DNA from: an uncultured Candidatus Poseidoniales archaeon | Lineage (GTDB): Archaea > Thermoplasmatota > Poseidoniia > Poseidoniales > Thalassarchaeaceae | Reading direction: 5' to 3' | DNA: 64,000 nucleotides | NCBI GenBank assembly: GCA_902593945.1 | Contig: CACJKA010000001.1 | Coordinates: 19,316 to 83,315 of the forward strand | In this document: piece after piece, positions 52,604 through 63,851 of the stretch | How the letters are laid out: each line of letters opens with the position of its first letter | How positions within the stretch are numbered: the stretch's first letter is position 1 | Notes under the pieces: model-generated | Told to the model about the DNA's origin: nothing | Seen by the model: the letters and a program-made list of their open reading frames with translations, nothing else | Database searches by the model: none | Position numbers and translations under genes: made by a program

Positions 52604-55600
52604 TCACTCTACTTCTACTTCAGATGATTCAGACTCTTCTAAATCCTCGATAACATTCTCATCAGTGATAACTTTCTGAACGATGTTTGCCTCTCCTATA
52701 TCTTCACTCCAGTCTTCGGTCCTTTCTCTTAATGCTTCTAAATTCTTATTCTCAAGAGTCGGAGATAAATCCTCGGATTCTTCCAATTCCTCTTCAATAT
52801 CTACACCGGCTCTTTCGGCAAGTCCCCCAAGAGATTTTGGAGTTCCGAGTGGCTCGGGAACTCTGGGCATTTGGTTTGGATCGGGTAAGACTAATTCTGA
52901 ACGTTCCTCATCCGACTGTTTTCTAGCAGCTTCTTCTTTTTCTATTTCTTCACTCATTTGTAATGCAGCCGCACGATCGAAATCTGTGATTCTACGGCTA
53001 CAACCATCTCCTGCATGAGTAATCCCAATATGGTGATTCGCTAGATTTAAACTAACTTTTCTGAGAGTTACCATAATGAATTGAGCTCTTTGTGAGCGCG
53101 TTAAACAAAGGCTAGCAATTAATTCTGAATTAAACGGATCTAAATTCTGATCTACTTCGTCGAAATAATAGAATGGGCTAGGCTCATAATCTTGGATAGC
53201 AAATATCAATGCTAGAGCGGCCATAGACTTTTCTCCACCTGAAAGAAGATTTCTTCTAGTTTTACTATTCTTCCCAGGGGGAACACAATCCATCTCTAAA
53301 CCACCATCGAAAGGATTCTTCTTATTTTCCAATCTTAAACTGCCAATCCCACCGGGTTGTAATCTCTCGTAGACTCTACTGAAATTTTTATTTACATGAT
53401 CGAATACTAACAACAATCTCTTCTTCCTCTCAGATTCTAGTTTCTCTGCAATTCCAACAAGGTCATCTCGTCGCTGCCGTAGAATTTTTCCATCTTCTAC
53501 AAGTCCTGCTATACGTTCAACTGCGATATCATATTGTTCTATTGCTAACATATTGACATCACCGAGATGACCGAGGCGCCTTTCAAGTCCCTGCACAACT
53601 TTTTGCGCCTCGGCCACAGTGGGTAATTGGATATCTGCTGATGGAAGTTCAATATTCTCAGCTGCTAATTCGGCAACAATCTCATTCACTGCAGCCCTTT
53701 TCTGATTTATCTGTATGTTCAAATCCTCAATTCGTGAATTAAAGGTTTGGCGTTTTTGAGATTGAGTCTCTAAGGATGCCCTTAAACTGGCTCGTTCCTC
53801 TACTATAGTATCTCTTCTTTGACTTAAAATCTGTTGTTCTTCATTAAATTGTGAAGCCTGACTCTTTAAGTCTACTAGTAAATCTCTAGATTTCTGAATT
53901 GAGGTTTCAAGTTTTGTGATTTCTATTTTTGCTTCTTCTATCGATTTTTCTTTGGAATTTATCTGCCTTTCTAGTTCGGATATTCTATCTGAAAGAATCT
54001 TTAATCTAGCATTAGTACTGATTATAGAAGATTCAGAATGTAACTTAATCCTCTCGGCTTCTGTCCTAGTTTTTTCTGCGTTACGAAGAATCTGAGAAAG
54101 ATGGTCGGGAGTGTGATTTTGTAATGCCTCCGCAGCATTTGTTCTGGACTCCAAAGCTTCGAGATATTTTTTATTTACTTCGTCCGCATTAGATTTAGCT
54201 GAGTTGAATAAAGTATCAGAATCTGAAAGCTCTTTTCGCGCTGCTAATACTTTCTTTCCAATATCATCTACATCTTTCTGTGCTCTGGAAAAATCGGATT
54301 TCCATTCTCTTATTTTTACCGATTGATCGCTGTCGTCTAATCCATGAATTTGGTCTCTTAATTCTTGTTGATTAGTTCTCAATTCTCTTAATGCTGCTTC
54401 AACTGTAGAATAAATCAGATTTGCTTCTTCCAATGACCTCTCTAATTTTTCAGTACCTAACTGCCCATGATTCCCTCCACCAAAACTTGGTCTCGATGAA
54501 CCTACAGGAGAGCCTCCGGTCATTGCCCCTGAACCTTCTATGACATCTCCTTTCAGAGTAACCATTCTTGCACCGCCCATATTCTTTCTAGCTATATCCA
54601 TTGATTGAACAATCAAAGTATTCCTTGATGCGTATCTTACTGCAATATCAATCTCAGAATCATATTCTAACAAGTCATGAGCAAAACCCAAAACTCCTGA
54701 ATTCTGAGAAACAATTAGAGTTCTACCCTGAGGTCTTGAAACGCTTAATTTGTTCAAAGGAAGGAAGGTGGCACGGCCTCCGCCATTGAGTCTTAGCCAT
54801 TTTATACATTCTGCCGCAACCTCATCATTAGTTACAACTATACTCCTAAGGCCATTTCCTAATGCTATGGCTAATGCATCTTCATGAATTGATTCTTTAG
54901 GTGAACATAACTCACCCAAGGTCCCAAGAATTCCTTTGATTTCGCCACTTTGTCTCAACTTGGAAAGGGCGGCGATTGTTATTGCAGATCCCGGCCGGTT
55001 TGCTTTTGCTTCTTGGCGCGCTCTGGCCTTGGCCAATGCGACTTCGGCATCTCTAGCCTTAATCTCACACCTATCTCTGTCTTCTCTTAACTCAATTTCT
55101 TGCTTAGTTAATCTTTGCAACTCATTAGCTAAATGTGTTCGATCAATGGTCTCGCCACCATTCTGGATATCTTCGCCCAATAACTCTAAATCATCTCTAG
55201 TAAGAGTTGCCTGTTCATATTCTTCTTCTAGATCTGCTAATTTCTCAGAAGAAATCTGAGCGTTTTGTTCTGCCCTATCTGATTCTAACTTAGCATCAGA
55301 ATAATCTTGATGAGTTTTTGTCACTAATTCTGTGGCTTGACCCAATGCACGATTCAAATCACGGCCAAGTCGATCACCCGATTGTATCGCTTCTCTGGCT
55401 TGAGTCTCATCGATTGCTGCTTTTTCTAAATCTTCTTCGGATTTAGATAAATTTATTTCGGCACTCTCGAGTTCTTGAAGCGCACTATCGTGAGCATCTT
55501 TAACTCCAAGATGATCTTCCCTTATTATCTCAATATCTTGAGTGGTTGATTCGATAATTTTAGATTGGTCGCCGATTCTATCAGTGTTGGTTTCGACATC

Positions 55601-56536
55601 AATTTCGTGCTTACGAATCGTTTCAAGTAATTCTTTAGCATCACCACTCATTATATCATCCAAATCATCTCCAATTTGGACAAGTTCCTCGTCATATTTC
55701 CCTAATTCAATATTTCCATCTCTTATTTGCCCCGTCAAATCATTAACTTGACGGCTATAATTAGAACGCTCCTCACCGAGTAAACGGACTTCATCTATTC
55801 TGTTCCTATGCCTTGACTGGTGTAAAATAATTTTATTAGCATCTAATTCTTCTTTGATATCTTTGAACTTCAAAGCTTGCTGTCTTTCTTTTTCAAGGCC
55901 TTTGAGGCGTTTTTTCTGTTCGTCTTCAAAAAGATCGATAGTTTCTATATTATTTTCAACAACTTTTCTCTGATTATTGGCACGACGAATCTCATCATCA
56001 TATGCAGTAACTCCTGCAACTTCTTCTAAAACGCCTCTCCTTTTATGCGGCGTCATAGTAGCTAGGGTAGTTACATCACCTTGCAAAACAATATTGTATC
56101 CGTCACCATGTAAACCTGCTTCTGCCAGAACTCTTCTCATTTCTGTAGCAGTAGAAGGATTGCCGTTAATGTAATATGAAGAAATAGTGTCATTCTTTCG
56201 ATTCAATCGAACTGAACGTGTAAATGAGACTTCTTCAGTTTCGATTCTTAATCTGCGGCGACCATCGACTTCAGGTTCATTTTTGAAAACAAGTGTAGCT
56301 GACATATTTCTAGCTGCTTTACCTCTACCGCCACCATTGTAGATTAACTCAGAGACATTCGAAGCTCTTAATGACCTAGTGGATTTAGGGCCAAGAACAA
56401 ATTGTATTGCATCACCGCAATTAGATTTACCTGAACCATTGGGGCCGGTGATTGCGGTGAATCCTTCTTCGAAAGGAATCACTATTTCTCCACCGAAAGA
56501 TTTGAAATTTTCAAGTTCAATTCTTACTAGATGCAT
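52604..56536 (-). CDS. smc: Chromosome segregation protein SMC
   Basis: IELENFKSF, GPNGSGKSN, VLQGD, hinge GRATFLPLNK and GAMTGG, LSGGEKS, FDEVD; start placed at MHLVRIE. Confidence 0.96.
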   Translation of the reverse strand: MHLVRIELENFKSFGGEIVIPFEEGFTAITGPNGSGKSNCGDAIQFVLGPKSTRSLRASNVSELIYNGGGRGKAARNMSATLVFKNEPEVDGRRRLRIETEEVSFTRSVRLNRKNDTISSYYINGNPSTATEMRRVLAEAGLHGDGYNIVLQGDVTTLATMTPHKRRGVLEEVAGVTAYDDEIRRANNQRKVVENNIETIDLFEDEQKKRLKGLEKERQQALKFKDIKEELDANKIILHQSRHRNRIDEVRLLGEERSNYSRQVNDLTGQIRDGNIELGKYDEELVQIGDDLDDIMSGDAKELLETIRKHEIDVETNTDRIGDQSKIIESTTQDIEIIREDHLGVKDAHDSALQELESAEINLSKSEEDLEKAAIDETQAREAIQSGDRLGRDLNRALGQATELVTKTHQDYSDAKLESDRAEQNAQISSEKLADLEEEYEQATLTRDDLELLGEDIQNGGETIDRTHLANELQRLTKQEIELREDRDRCEIKARDAEVALAKARARQEAKANRPGSAITIAALSKLRQSGEIKGILGTLGELCSPKESIHEDALAIALGNGLRSIVVTNDEVAAECIKWLRLNGGGRATFLPLNKLSVSRPQGRTLIVSQNSGVLGFAHDLLEYDSEIDIAVRYASRNTLIVQSMDIARKNMGGARMVTLKGDVIEGSGAMTGGSPVGSSRPSFGGGNHGQLGTEKLERSLEEANLIYSTVEAALRELRTNQQELRDQIHGLDDSDQSVKIREWKSDFSRAQKDVDDIGKKVLAARKELSDSDTLFNSAKSNADEVNKKYLEALESRTNAAEALQNHTPDHLSQILRNAEKTRTEAERIKLHSESSIISTNARLKILSDRISELERQINSKEKSIEEAKIEITKLETSIQKSRDLLVDLKSQASQFNEEQQILSQRRDTIVEERASLRASLETQSQKRQTFNSRIEDLNIQINQKRAAVNEIVAELAAENIELPSADIQLPTVAEAQKVVQGLERRLGHLGDVNMLAIEQYDIAVERIAGLVEDGKILRQRRDDLVGIAEKLESERKKRLLLVFDHVNKNFSRVYERLQPGGIGSLRLENKKNPFDGGLEMDCVPPGKNSKTRRNLLSGGEKSMAALALIFAIQDYEPSPFYYFDEVDQNLDPFNSELIASLCLTRSQRAQFIMVTLRKVSLNLANHHIGITHAGDGCSRRITDFDRAAALQMSEEIEKEEAARKQSDEERSELVLPDPNQMPRVPEPLGTPKSLGGLAERAGVDIEEELEESEDLSPTLENKNLEALRERTEDWSEDIGEANIVQKVITDENVIEDLEESESSEVEVE

Positions 56537-56715
56537 CCCATCACCGTGTAATATCAGCAATTTATCGCCGACATCATTAATCGGCTGCTGCATTTTACTC
56601 TATGAACCTTGAGGAGGACTGGGGCGCTATACCACGAAAAAACAACCTATTTTTCAAAGCCAAAAATGATTTCCAATAAGCGAAGATTCATTGACAACTA
56701 GGTCATGGAAGTAAC

Positions 56716-58353
56716 ATGAGCAACCAAGCGCATGAGGAATTAATGCCGACTGTCGACATAGCAGTAATAGGTTCGGGTATTGCAGGATTATTTTTGGCAA
56801 ATCGTTGTGCAGAAAATGGCTTGAGAGTTGCTTTGATTACAAAAAAAAGTATATCCACATCAAATACAAATTGGGCCCAAGGAGGAATCGCAGGAGTTCT
56901 AGATTCGAATGATAGAGATGCTATAGAGGCGCATGTACAAGACACATTATCATCGGGTGCAGGTTTGTGCGATGAAAAAGTAGTCAGATCAGTGGTCTTA
57001 GAAGCCTCAGATAGGATTAGAGATCTAGAAAATCATGGAGTTCGTTTCGATAAAAATCAGAAAGGAGAATATGATACAGTGAGAGAAGGCGGGCATTCGA
57101 ATCGAAGAATCTTGCATTCGAAAGATGCAACAGGAGCAGAAATCGAGAGGGCTTTGACAAAATCCACATCAGGTGAAATTGATGAGGATTTTAAGATATA
57201 TGAGAATTGGATGGCTGTAGATTTAATCCAGAGAGAATACGGCAATCCGAAAAAGGGGGTGATTGGATTGTGGTGTTTATCACCTTCTGGTAAAGTTCAC
57301 ACCATGCCTGCAAAAGCAATAATTCTAGCAACAGGAGGAGTGGGGTTTCTACATTCTTCAACTACCAATCCATCAATTGCAACTGGCGATGGAGTAGCAA
57401 TGGCATTCCGCTCTGGCGCAGATATTGAAGATATTGAATTCATCCAGTTCCATCCGACTTCGCTAGCAAGTGATGGAGAAAAACCGTTCTTGATTACTGA
57501 AGCAATGAGAGGGAAAGGAGCGGTCCTAATGATGAATGATGATTACCAAAAATGGAAAACATCAAAGAATAAATCTCCCGAAGAATTTTCATTTATGTGG
57601 AAATATTGTGATGAGGGTTCCTTAGGGACAAGAGATGTTGTAGCTAGAGCAATAGATTCAGAACTTAAGAAAACAGGAGATAAGAATGCTCTACTAATTA
57701 CTGAGCATCTAAACAGAAATGAATTGTTAGAAGAGTTTCCCAATATAGATAAGAAATTATCATCTCATGGCATAAAACTGGGAATTGACCCGATACCGGT
57801 AATTCCTGCCGCACATTATATGGTTGGCGGAGTCGATGTGGATTATTCAGGTAGAGTGAAATTAGACGGAGGAGTGATGCCCGGCTTGTATGCCATTGGA
57901 GAGGTTGCTAGAACAGGTTTGCATGGTGCGAATCGTCTCGCATCAAATAGTCTGCTTGAGGCAGTGGTTTATTCAGAAAGAGCCGCCAGAGACTTAATTG
58001 ATTTGGCTTCAAAAGATGATTTGCAAAAATTGCCAAATAATTTGCCATTTTGGCGTGCTGATGAATTGCAAGTATTAGTCGAACATGCTCCACTCCGTGC
58101 AGATTTACATGCCTTAAGAACGACTATGACGATGGACGTAGGGATAGTAAAGAATAATCATAGATTGAAGAGAGCAAAGAGAAGAATAGCACATTTGGAA
58201 GGAGAAGTAAAGAGGATTTGGGAATCTTGTAAACCGACTCAAGATTTGGTTGAGTTGAGAAATCTCATAGAAGTTGCAAAACTCGTAGTTGAAAGATCAA
58301 TAAATAGAAAGCAAAATGTAGGACTTCACTATAACCAAGATTTGGAAAATTAA
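56716..58353 (+). CDS. nadB: L-aspartate oxidase
   Basis: GSGIAGL, SNTNWAQGGIA, REGGHS, DATG, FIQFHPT, LITEAMRG, AAHYMVGG, GLHGANRLASNSLLE. Confidence 0.95.
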   Translation: MSNQAHEELMPTVDIAVIGSGIAGLFLANRCAENGLRVALITKKSISTSNTNWAQGGIAGVLDSNDRDAIEAHVQDTLSSGAGLCDEKVVRSVVLEASDRIRDLENHGVRFDKNQKGEYDTVREGGHSNRRILHSKDATGAEIERALTKSTSGEIDEDFKIYENWMAVDLIQREYGNPKKGVIGLWCLSPSGKVHTMPAKAIILATGGVGFLHSSTTNPSIATGDGVAMAFRSGADIEDIEFIQFHPTSLASDGEKPFLITEAMRGKGAVLMMNDDYQKWKTSKNKSPEEFSFMWKYCDEGSLGTRDVVARAIDSELKKTGDKNALLITEHLNRNELLEEFPNIDKKLSSHGIKLGIDPIPVIPAAHYMVGGVDVDYSGRVKLDGGVMPGLYAIGEVARTGLHGANRLASNSLLEAVVYSERAARDLIDLASKDDLQKLPNNLPFWRADELQVLVEHAPLRADLHALRTTMTMDVGIVKNNHRLKRAKRRIAHLEGEVKRIWESCKPTQDLVELRNLIEVAKLVVERSINRKQNVGLHYNQDLEN

Positions 58354-59300
58354 TCAAAACTTGATGATTTTTCTATACCTTTTACCAAACCATGCAAGAT
58401 AGCATTGCAAGGAGTTGGAATTCCTTCTGCCTCCCCCCGCATAACTACCGCTCCACATAAAGAATCAATCTCCGTTTTCCTACCCGCCATGATATCTTGA
58501 AGCATTGAACATCGATTATCGGGAGATATTGAAACAACTTCTCTTAGATAACTTTCCAATTCAATATCTCCTAAATCAACTCCACTGGCACGAGCAACAA
58601 TTGCTGCTTCCCTCATAGCTTGAATCGCCTGTTGCCAGAGTGATTTTACCTCCAAAAGTGCACCATTCCTCACACCTGCAATAGAACAAACAGGATTAAT
58701 TGCAACATTAATTAGTAATTTTTTCCACAATATCTGTCTAATGTTATCCGATTTGGAAGCATTTAATTCCGCTTCATTCAGAATCTGTAAAATAGAATCT
58801 GTATATATTTCACCCCTCTTATCTAATGGTCCAAGGATAATCTCTCCTCTACCAACCCAATTCACTTCACCTTCACCATTACGCCAAGCCGCATGTGTAA
58901 TTGAACCAACAATTACTCTATCGCTACCAACTTTATGAGCTAATAATTCTGCATTACCAAGACCATTCTGGATAGTTAAAACACAACCATTTTCACTGAT
59001 TAATTCTGATGCTAGTTCTGATAAAGTGTGATTATCAACTGTTTTACCGCAAACTATTGCGATATCACAAGTATTTCGAATCTGCCCTGGAATAGGTCCT
59101 GAATTGCTATCCACTAGCAAGTATCTTTCACTAGGGACTACCTCGATACTACCCTCAGGAGTGTGTAATACCAATCCTAAATCTGAGAGATTCGTCGAAG
59201 TTTTACCCCTAGAAATACAGACAATATCGGCAGCGGTGTCGGCTAATGCTCCAAGAATAATGCCCCCAATTGAGCCAACGCCAATAATGGCTATTCTCAA
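58350..59300 (-). CDS. panE: 2-dehydropantoate 2-reductase
   Basis: IAIIGVGSIGG, QNGLG, WKKLLINVAINP, SMLQD, TEID. Confidence 0.92.
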   Translation of the reverse strand: MRIAIIGVGSIGGIILGALADTAADIVCISRGKTSTNLSDLGLVLHTPEGSIEVVPSERYLLVDSNSGPIPGQIRNTCDIAIVCGKTVDNHTLSELASELISENGCVLTIQNGLGNAELLAHKVGSDRVIVGSITHAAWRNGEGEVNWVGRGEIILGPLDKRGEIYTDSILQILNEAELNASKSDNIRQILWKKLLINVAINPVCSIAGVRNGALLEVKSLWQQAIQAMREAAIVARASGVDLGDIELESYLREVVSISPDNRCSMLQDIMAGRKTEIDSLCGAVVMRGEAEGIPTPCNAILHGLVKGIEKSSSFD

Positions 59301-61726
59301 TTTAAGCAACCTCCAATAGGACATTTAGAAACAAAATTTAATACTAAACCATTAGATTCTTGAGAAATCCAAAATACTCTCCAAGTTTCATTACTTTCAT
59401 CGTTAAGAGAAATACTGATATTTGCACTGCCATTGGCAGGAATTTGATTTGGAATTGAGAGATTCAAGGAATTATCGCTCTGTAAATTAGTAGATATATC
59501 AACAGTCAGAGATAGATTTTCTGATTCTTTTGAATGAATAGTAAAATCCGAGAACGGTAAACTAGAATCATTAAGGGCAGAACCATCGATAGATACCCCT
59601 AACCCTTGGTTTAACATTACAGCCTTAGATGCTCCATCCGCACAATTCACTAACCACCCCTCTCCTGAAACTAAGATGTTTTTATCGCTAAAGTTTCCAT
59701 CGAAAATTAATGGAGAGCCGTGGATCAATGATAAGTTATCTTCGGAATCCAAGTCAATTTTAGGGAATTCGGCATTAAATGGACATATCGGTGAAATCTT
59801 GTTCTCAGAGTAAAGTACTCCGTCGAACATCATGTTCAGACTAATTCCATAACTTGAATTTGAGAATATATTAGTAAATGAGTTATTGATAGGTAAATAC
59901 CAATTAACGGTATTGCCATTATCCTGTTGGAAAACTAATTCCGGAGCCATTCTATAACCCAAAATTCCATTTTCTCCCATTGCCAAAGATTCCCACCCTC
60001 CTCTTTCAGCAATTAAACAAATTTCATTTGGGCCTTCTTCAGACAAATGGCCTGAATTTTCTAAAGACCAAAAGGGATTCACTTTTACAGATAAATTTCC
60101 AGTTTGGTTACCTGCGACCTCTACTGTATTGCATATCTTATTTTTACTAGAAATATTTTCTCTCTCCCACGTTGGGCTAGGAGAGGTGATGTCGCTATAA
60201 CTAATTGAAAGAATATGTTGTAATAATTCCCCCTCAGATTCTATAATAAATCGCAACTGAACCGGAGTTTTTCTTTCAGGGAAAGTATCTTGAATTGAAA
60301 ACTTAAAAACACCCTCATTATTCTGATTAATATCTTCAAAGGTACAAATCATTTCATCATTGAAACACTCAGAATTAATTATCCATCTATCTGTTTCTCC
60401 ATCAATTAGAAGCTTAATCTTACCAGAAATTGACATTATCCCTGACGCCTTTAGTTCAAATGAATGGTTCATGCCCTCCCAAGATTCACTTGAAAATTCA
60501 TTTTCCCATTCAGAAATATCCAAACCTCCATCCCAATCATTAATATTTTCTACAGGAATTAATCCGGGAAATCCTAGTAAGATTATTACAATTGATATAG
60601 TAACCAAAAAATTTCTAGATTTATTGTCTAATTCTGAGGCTTCATCTACAATTAAAGCAACTGGGATATGCTCGCCACTAAACCTTCTCCATGATGCTAG
60701 TGAAGCTAAAATTAGCCAAGGCCAAAATGTTGTTGAAAGAAATACTAAACACATAAAAGTGAGAGTCAATAAGAAAATCGAGGTTGCATTTGAACTTTTA
60801 TCGAGATTCTTAGATCCGACAATTGAATGTAAGATTCTGTCTCCAGGAAATCCAGGAATCGGCAAAATCAGAATCCATCCGATTATTGATAGACCAAAAC
60901 CTGCCAAAGCAATAGGATGAAGCCATTGAAGTTTGATTTGAACATCATCACCTATGAATATTCCAGATAATAAATCGACAAAGAAGTTAGCTTGCAATAG
61001 CAGTGGATCGGATATAGAATCAGGAGGATTTGCAGAAGTCATAAACAATCCAATTAAAGAGAATATTGAACCGAAAAGAAGAAGCACAACTATTGAAGAT
61101 AGTTCTATAATACCTAAAGAACGTCTATTGGGATAAGTAATAGTATCTACTCTTTTCTGACCGAAAACGCCGACAATACCAAATGGCCAAAAAGGAGAAA
61201 TCAAAGGGAAGGCTATGGGTACAAGATTTCCTACATCGACTCTGAATAGAGAAGCAATATACTTCCTAATTAAGTGAGCAGAAAACATTGTTAAGAAAAT
61301 TGGGAGGCTGAAGAATGTCAGTGATTCTAAGAATAATTCATAATTGAAAATTGATGCATGATTTTCAAATTGCGATATCCAGTAACATCCAGCAAGTGTT
61401 GTAAAAATGAACATTGTTAACCAAATTAATGATTGTTGCCAAGGAGGAACATTTACTGGATCTACAGGGTACCTAATTATTGAGAGGATTGGAGGATTTC
61501 CTTCATCCAACAATCCTATCAAACTTAGTGGTTTAAGGTGCACATTTAACTCTTCAAGAACAGTACTAACATCGGATTCATCACGAGAATTTATTTCCCA
61601 AGATATTTCACTTAATCCTGATTGATTACCTATTATGAAATAACGACTACAAATTTCTTCCAGAAGCTCTCTTTGCCCCCAAGTCTCAGCATCAATAAGT
61701 ATTGATTCAACTTTTGACATAGTCAC
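59297..61726 (-). CDS. M50/site-2-protease-like membrane protein with degenerate active site and large C-terminal soluble domain
   Basis: M50-like topology and LQWLHPIALAG; HEXXH position reads HLIRK; N.LP...LDG position reads ILPIPGFPGDRIL. Confidence 0.65.
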   Translation of the reverse strand: MTMSKVESILIDAETWGQRELLEEICSRYFIIGNQSGLSEISWEINSRDESDVSTVLEELNVHLKPLSLIGLLDEGNPPILSIIRYPVDPVNVPPWQQSLIWLTMFIFTTLAGCYWISQFENHASIFNYELFLESLTFFSLPIFLTMFSAHLIRKYIASLFRVDVGNLVPIAFPLISPFWPFGIVGVFGQKRVDTITYPNRRSLGIIELSSIVVLLLFGSIFSLIGLFMTSANPPDSISDPLLLQANFFVDLLSGIFIGDDVQIKLQWLHPIALAGFGLSIIGWILILPIPGFPGDRILHSIVGSKNLDKSSNATSIFLLTLTFMCLVFLSTTFWPWLILASLASWRRFSGEHIPVALIVDEASELDNKSRNFLVTISIVIILLGFPGLIPVENINDWDGGLDISEWENEFSSESWEGMNHSFELKASGIMSISGKIKLLIDGETDRWIINSECFNDEMICTFEDINQNNEGVFKFSIQDTFPERKTPVQLRFIIESEGELLQHILSISYSDITSPSPTWERENISSKNKICNTVEVAGNQTGNLSVKVNPFWSLENSGHLSEEGPNEICLIAERGGWESLAMGENGILGYRMAPELVFQQDNGNTVNWYLPINNSFTNIFSNSSYGISLNMMFDGVLYSENKISPICPFNAEFPKIDLDSEDNLSLIHGSPLIFDGNFSDKNILVSGEGWLVNCADGASKAVMLNQGLGVSIDGSALNDSSLPFSDFTIHSKESENLSLTVDISTNLQSDNSLNLSIPNQIPANGSANISISLNDESNETWRVFWISQESNGLVLNFVSKCPIGGCLN

Positions 61727-61809
61727 ACCTCCATCTCAATATACACTGAACATAGAGCATCCCCTATCAAACCGTGTGTAAGACAATGAAGAAAATAAGA
61801 ATAACAAAA

Positions 61810-62427
61810 TCATTTATTCTTGAATCTCTTAAGACGGAAAGTTTCCTCCCTTTCCATTTCTTCAAGTCTAAGCTGAATAAATGACTGAGCCTCTTTCATT
61901 TCAGGTATTACAACGAATTCGAGCGCGTTCACCCTTCTCTTAGTAGCTTCAATTTCTTCTAGTAGTTTCTTCAATGTAGCTTCCATTTCGGCTGCCTTGA
62001 CGATTTTGGCAATTAAGACAGAATATGAATCTGCAGACTCATCAATGTAAGGAGAACCTCCAATAATACCTGTTGGCCTAGTTTCAACAGTAGTTGTAAG
62101 ATTGGTGCCATCCACTTTAGGTACAACTACTCCCATTATGTTTCTTCTTGAAACTGTTACTTCAGGCCCAGATGTTGCTGCTATTGCTGCACTCTTAACC
62201 GCTAAACCACCTTCTATTGAAGATGCTAATGCAATAGATTTCAAAGCATCTCGATATGTACCAACAAGTTCCTCCCTAGCTGCTATCATTTCAGCGAGTA
62301 ATGTACGGAACTCAAAAAATAATCCATCTCTTTTCATCTTAAGTAGATTGTATCCACTAGAAGTCTGCTTGATTCTACGTTTCAAATTGATTAATTCAGA
62401 ACGAGTTGGTTTGATGTCTAATGCCAT
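61810..62427 (-). CDS. atpD: A/V-type ATP synthase subunit D
   Basis: KPTRSEL, LLKMKRDGL, NIMGVVVP, TKRRVNALE. Confidence 0.96.
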   Translation of the reverse strand: MALDIKPTRSELINLKRRIKQTSSGYNLLKMKRDGLFFEFRTLLAEMIAAREELVGTYRDALKSIALASSIEGGLAVKSAAIAATSGPEVTVSRRNIMGVVVPKVDGTNLTTTVETRPTGIIGGSPYIDESADSYSVLIAKIVKAAEMEATLKKLLEEIEATKRRVNALEFVVIPEMKEAQSFIQLRLEEMEREETFRLKRFKNK

Positions 62428-62454
62428 CTATTTCTCCTCCTTAATTTACTATAA

Positions 62455-63840
62455 TTATTCTTTCTTTTCTGTAGGATGATATTTATCAATCCATTTCTGA
62501 TCAAGACGTACCAGATATTTAGTATCAATATTAGAAAGAAGTTCCCAAGCATAATCTAAAGTCCCTTCACCTATAGATCGGTCTTCATCTCGACTTTGTC
62601 GTAAGAATTGGTTTTCAAAAATATCTGCAAACTTAAGTAATTGTAAGTCCCTCTCATTCAAAGCATCTTCTCCAACAATTGCAACTAACCCTCTCAACTC
62701 TCGACCTTGAGCATAAGCAGCATACAATTGATCGGATACAGATTTGTGGTCTTCACGGGTCTTTCCATCACCTATTCCAGCGTTCATTAATCTGGATAGA
62801 GACGGCAGAACATTAATTGGAGGATAAATTCCTTTCTGGTGAAGTTCACGGGAAATAACAATCTGACCTTCAGTAATATATCCAGATAGATCAGGTATTG
62901 GATGAGTAATATCGTCACCAGGCATAGTTAGAATTGGGAACTGGGTGATTGACCCTTTCTTACCCTTAACTAATCCTGCACGCTCATACAACATAGCCAA
63001 ATCAGTGTACATATAACCAGGATAACCTCTACGTCCAGGAACCTCTTCACGAGCTGCTCCAATTTGACGTAGCGATTCACAATAGTTTGTCATATCTGTG
63101 TATATAACAAGTACGTGATAATCGTGTTCGAAAGCAAGATATTCTGCTGCAGTCAAAGCCAATCTAGGAGTAATTAATCTTTCAACAGCGGGGTCATCAG
63201 CAAGATTAACGAAAAGGCAGGCATTCTCAAGAGCACCTGTTCTTTCTAAATCATGCACGAAGAAATTATATTCTTCAGCAGTGATACCCATTGCACAGAA
63301 AACTACCACGAAATCGTCGTCACTACCAACTAACTTTGCTTGTCGAGCTATTTGCAAAGCAATATCATTGTGAGGTAAACCCGATGCGCTGAAAATTGGT
63401 AATTTTTGCCCTCTAACCAAAGAGGTACAAGCATCAATTGCAGAGATTCCTGTCTGAATAAAGGAAGATGGGCTCTGTCTCGAATATGGATTAATTGCGG
63501 CACCAATAATATCTGCCATTTCATCGGCAACAATAGCAGGTCCGCCATCTCTTGGACGCCCCGCACCATCAAGAATTCTACCTATCATATCAGTACTTAC
63601 TGGTAACTTGAAAACATCTCCAAGGAACTTAATTCCTGTTTGCTTATCAATAGATGCAGTGCCTTCGAAAACTTGTACAATGACTTGATCATCAGATGTA
63701 TCAAGAACTTGTCCATTCTTTAATGTTCCATCTGTAAGCCTTAATTCTACAATTTCTCCAAAAGCCACTGGTTCGGTCTTATTTAGGAACACAAGAGGTC
63801 CCTTTACGTCTGTAATTGTTCTATATTCTTTTCCAGTCAT
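62455..63840 (-). CDS. atpB: A/V-type ATP synthase subunit B
   Basis: [52 protein letters not shown] upstream. Confidence 0.97.
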   Translation of the reverse strand: MTGKEYRTITDVKGPLVFLNKTEPVAFGEIVELRLTDGTLKNGQVLDTSDDQVIVQVFEGTASIDKQTGIKFLGDVFKLPVSTDMIGRILDGAGRPRDGGPAIVADEMADIIGAAINPYSRQSPSSFIQTGISAIDACTSLVRGQKLPIFSASGLPHNDIALQIARQAKLVGSDDDFVVVFCAMGITAEEYNFFVHDLERTGALENACLFVNLADDPAVERLITPRLALTAAEYLAFEHDYHVLVIYTDMTNYCESLRQIGAAREEVPGRRGYPGYMYTDLAMLYERAGLVKGKKGSITQFPILTMPGDDITHPIPDLSGYITEGQIVISRELHQKGIYPPINVLPSLSRLMNAGIGDGKTREDHKSVSDQLYAAYAQGRELRGLVAIVGEDALNERDLQLLKFADIFENQFLRQSRDEDRSIGEGTLDYAWELLSNIDTKYLVRLDQKWIDKYHPTEKKE

Positions 63841-63851
63841 TTATATCACCT

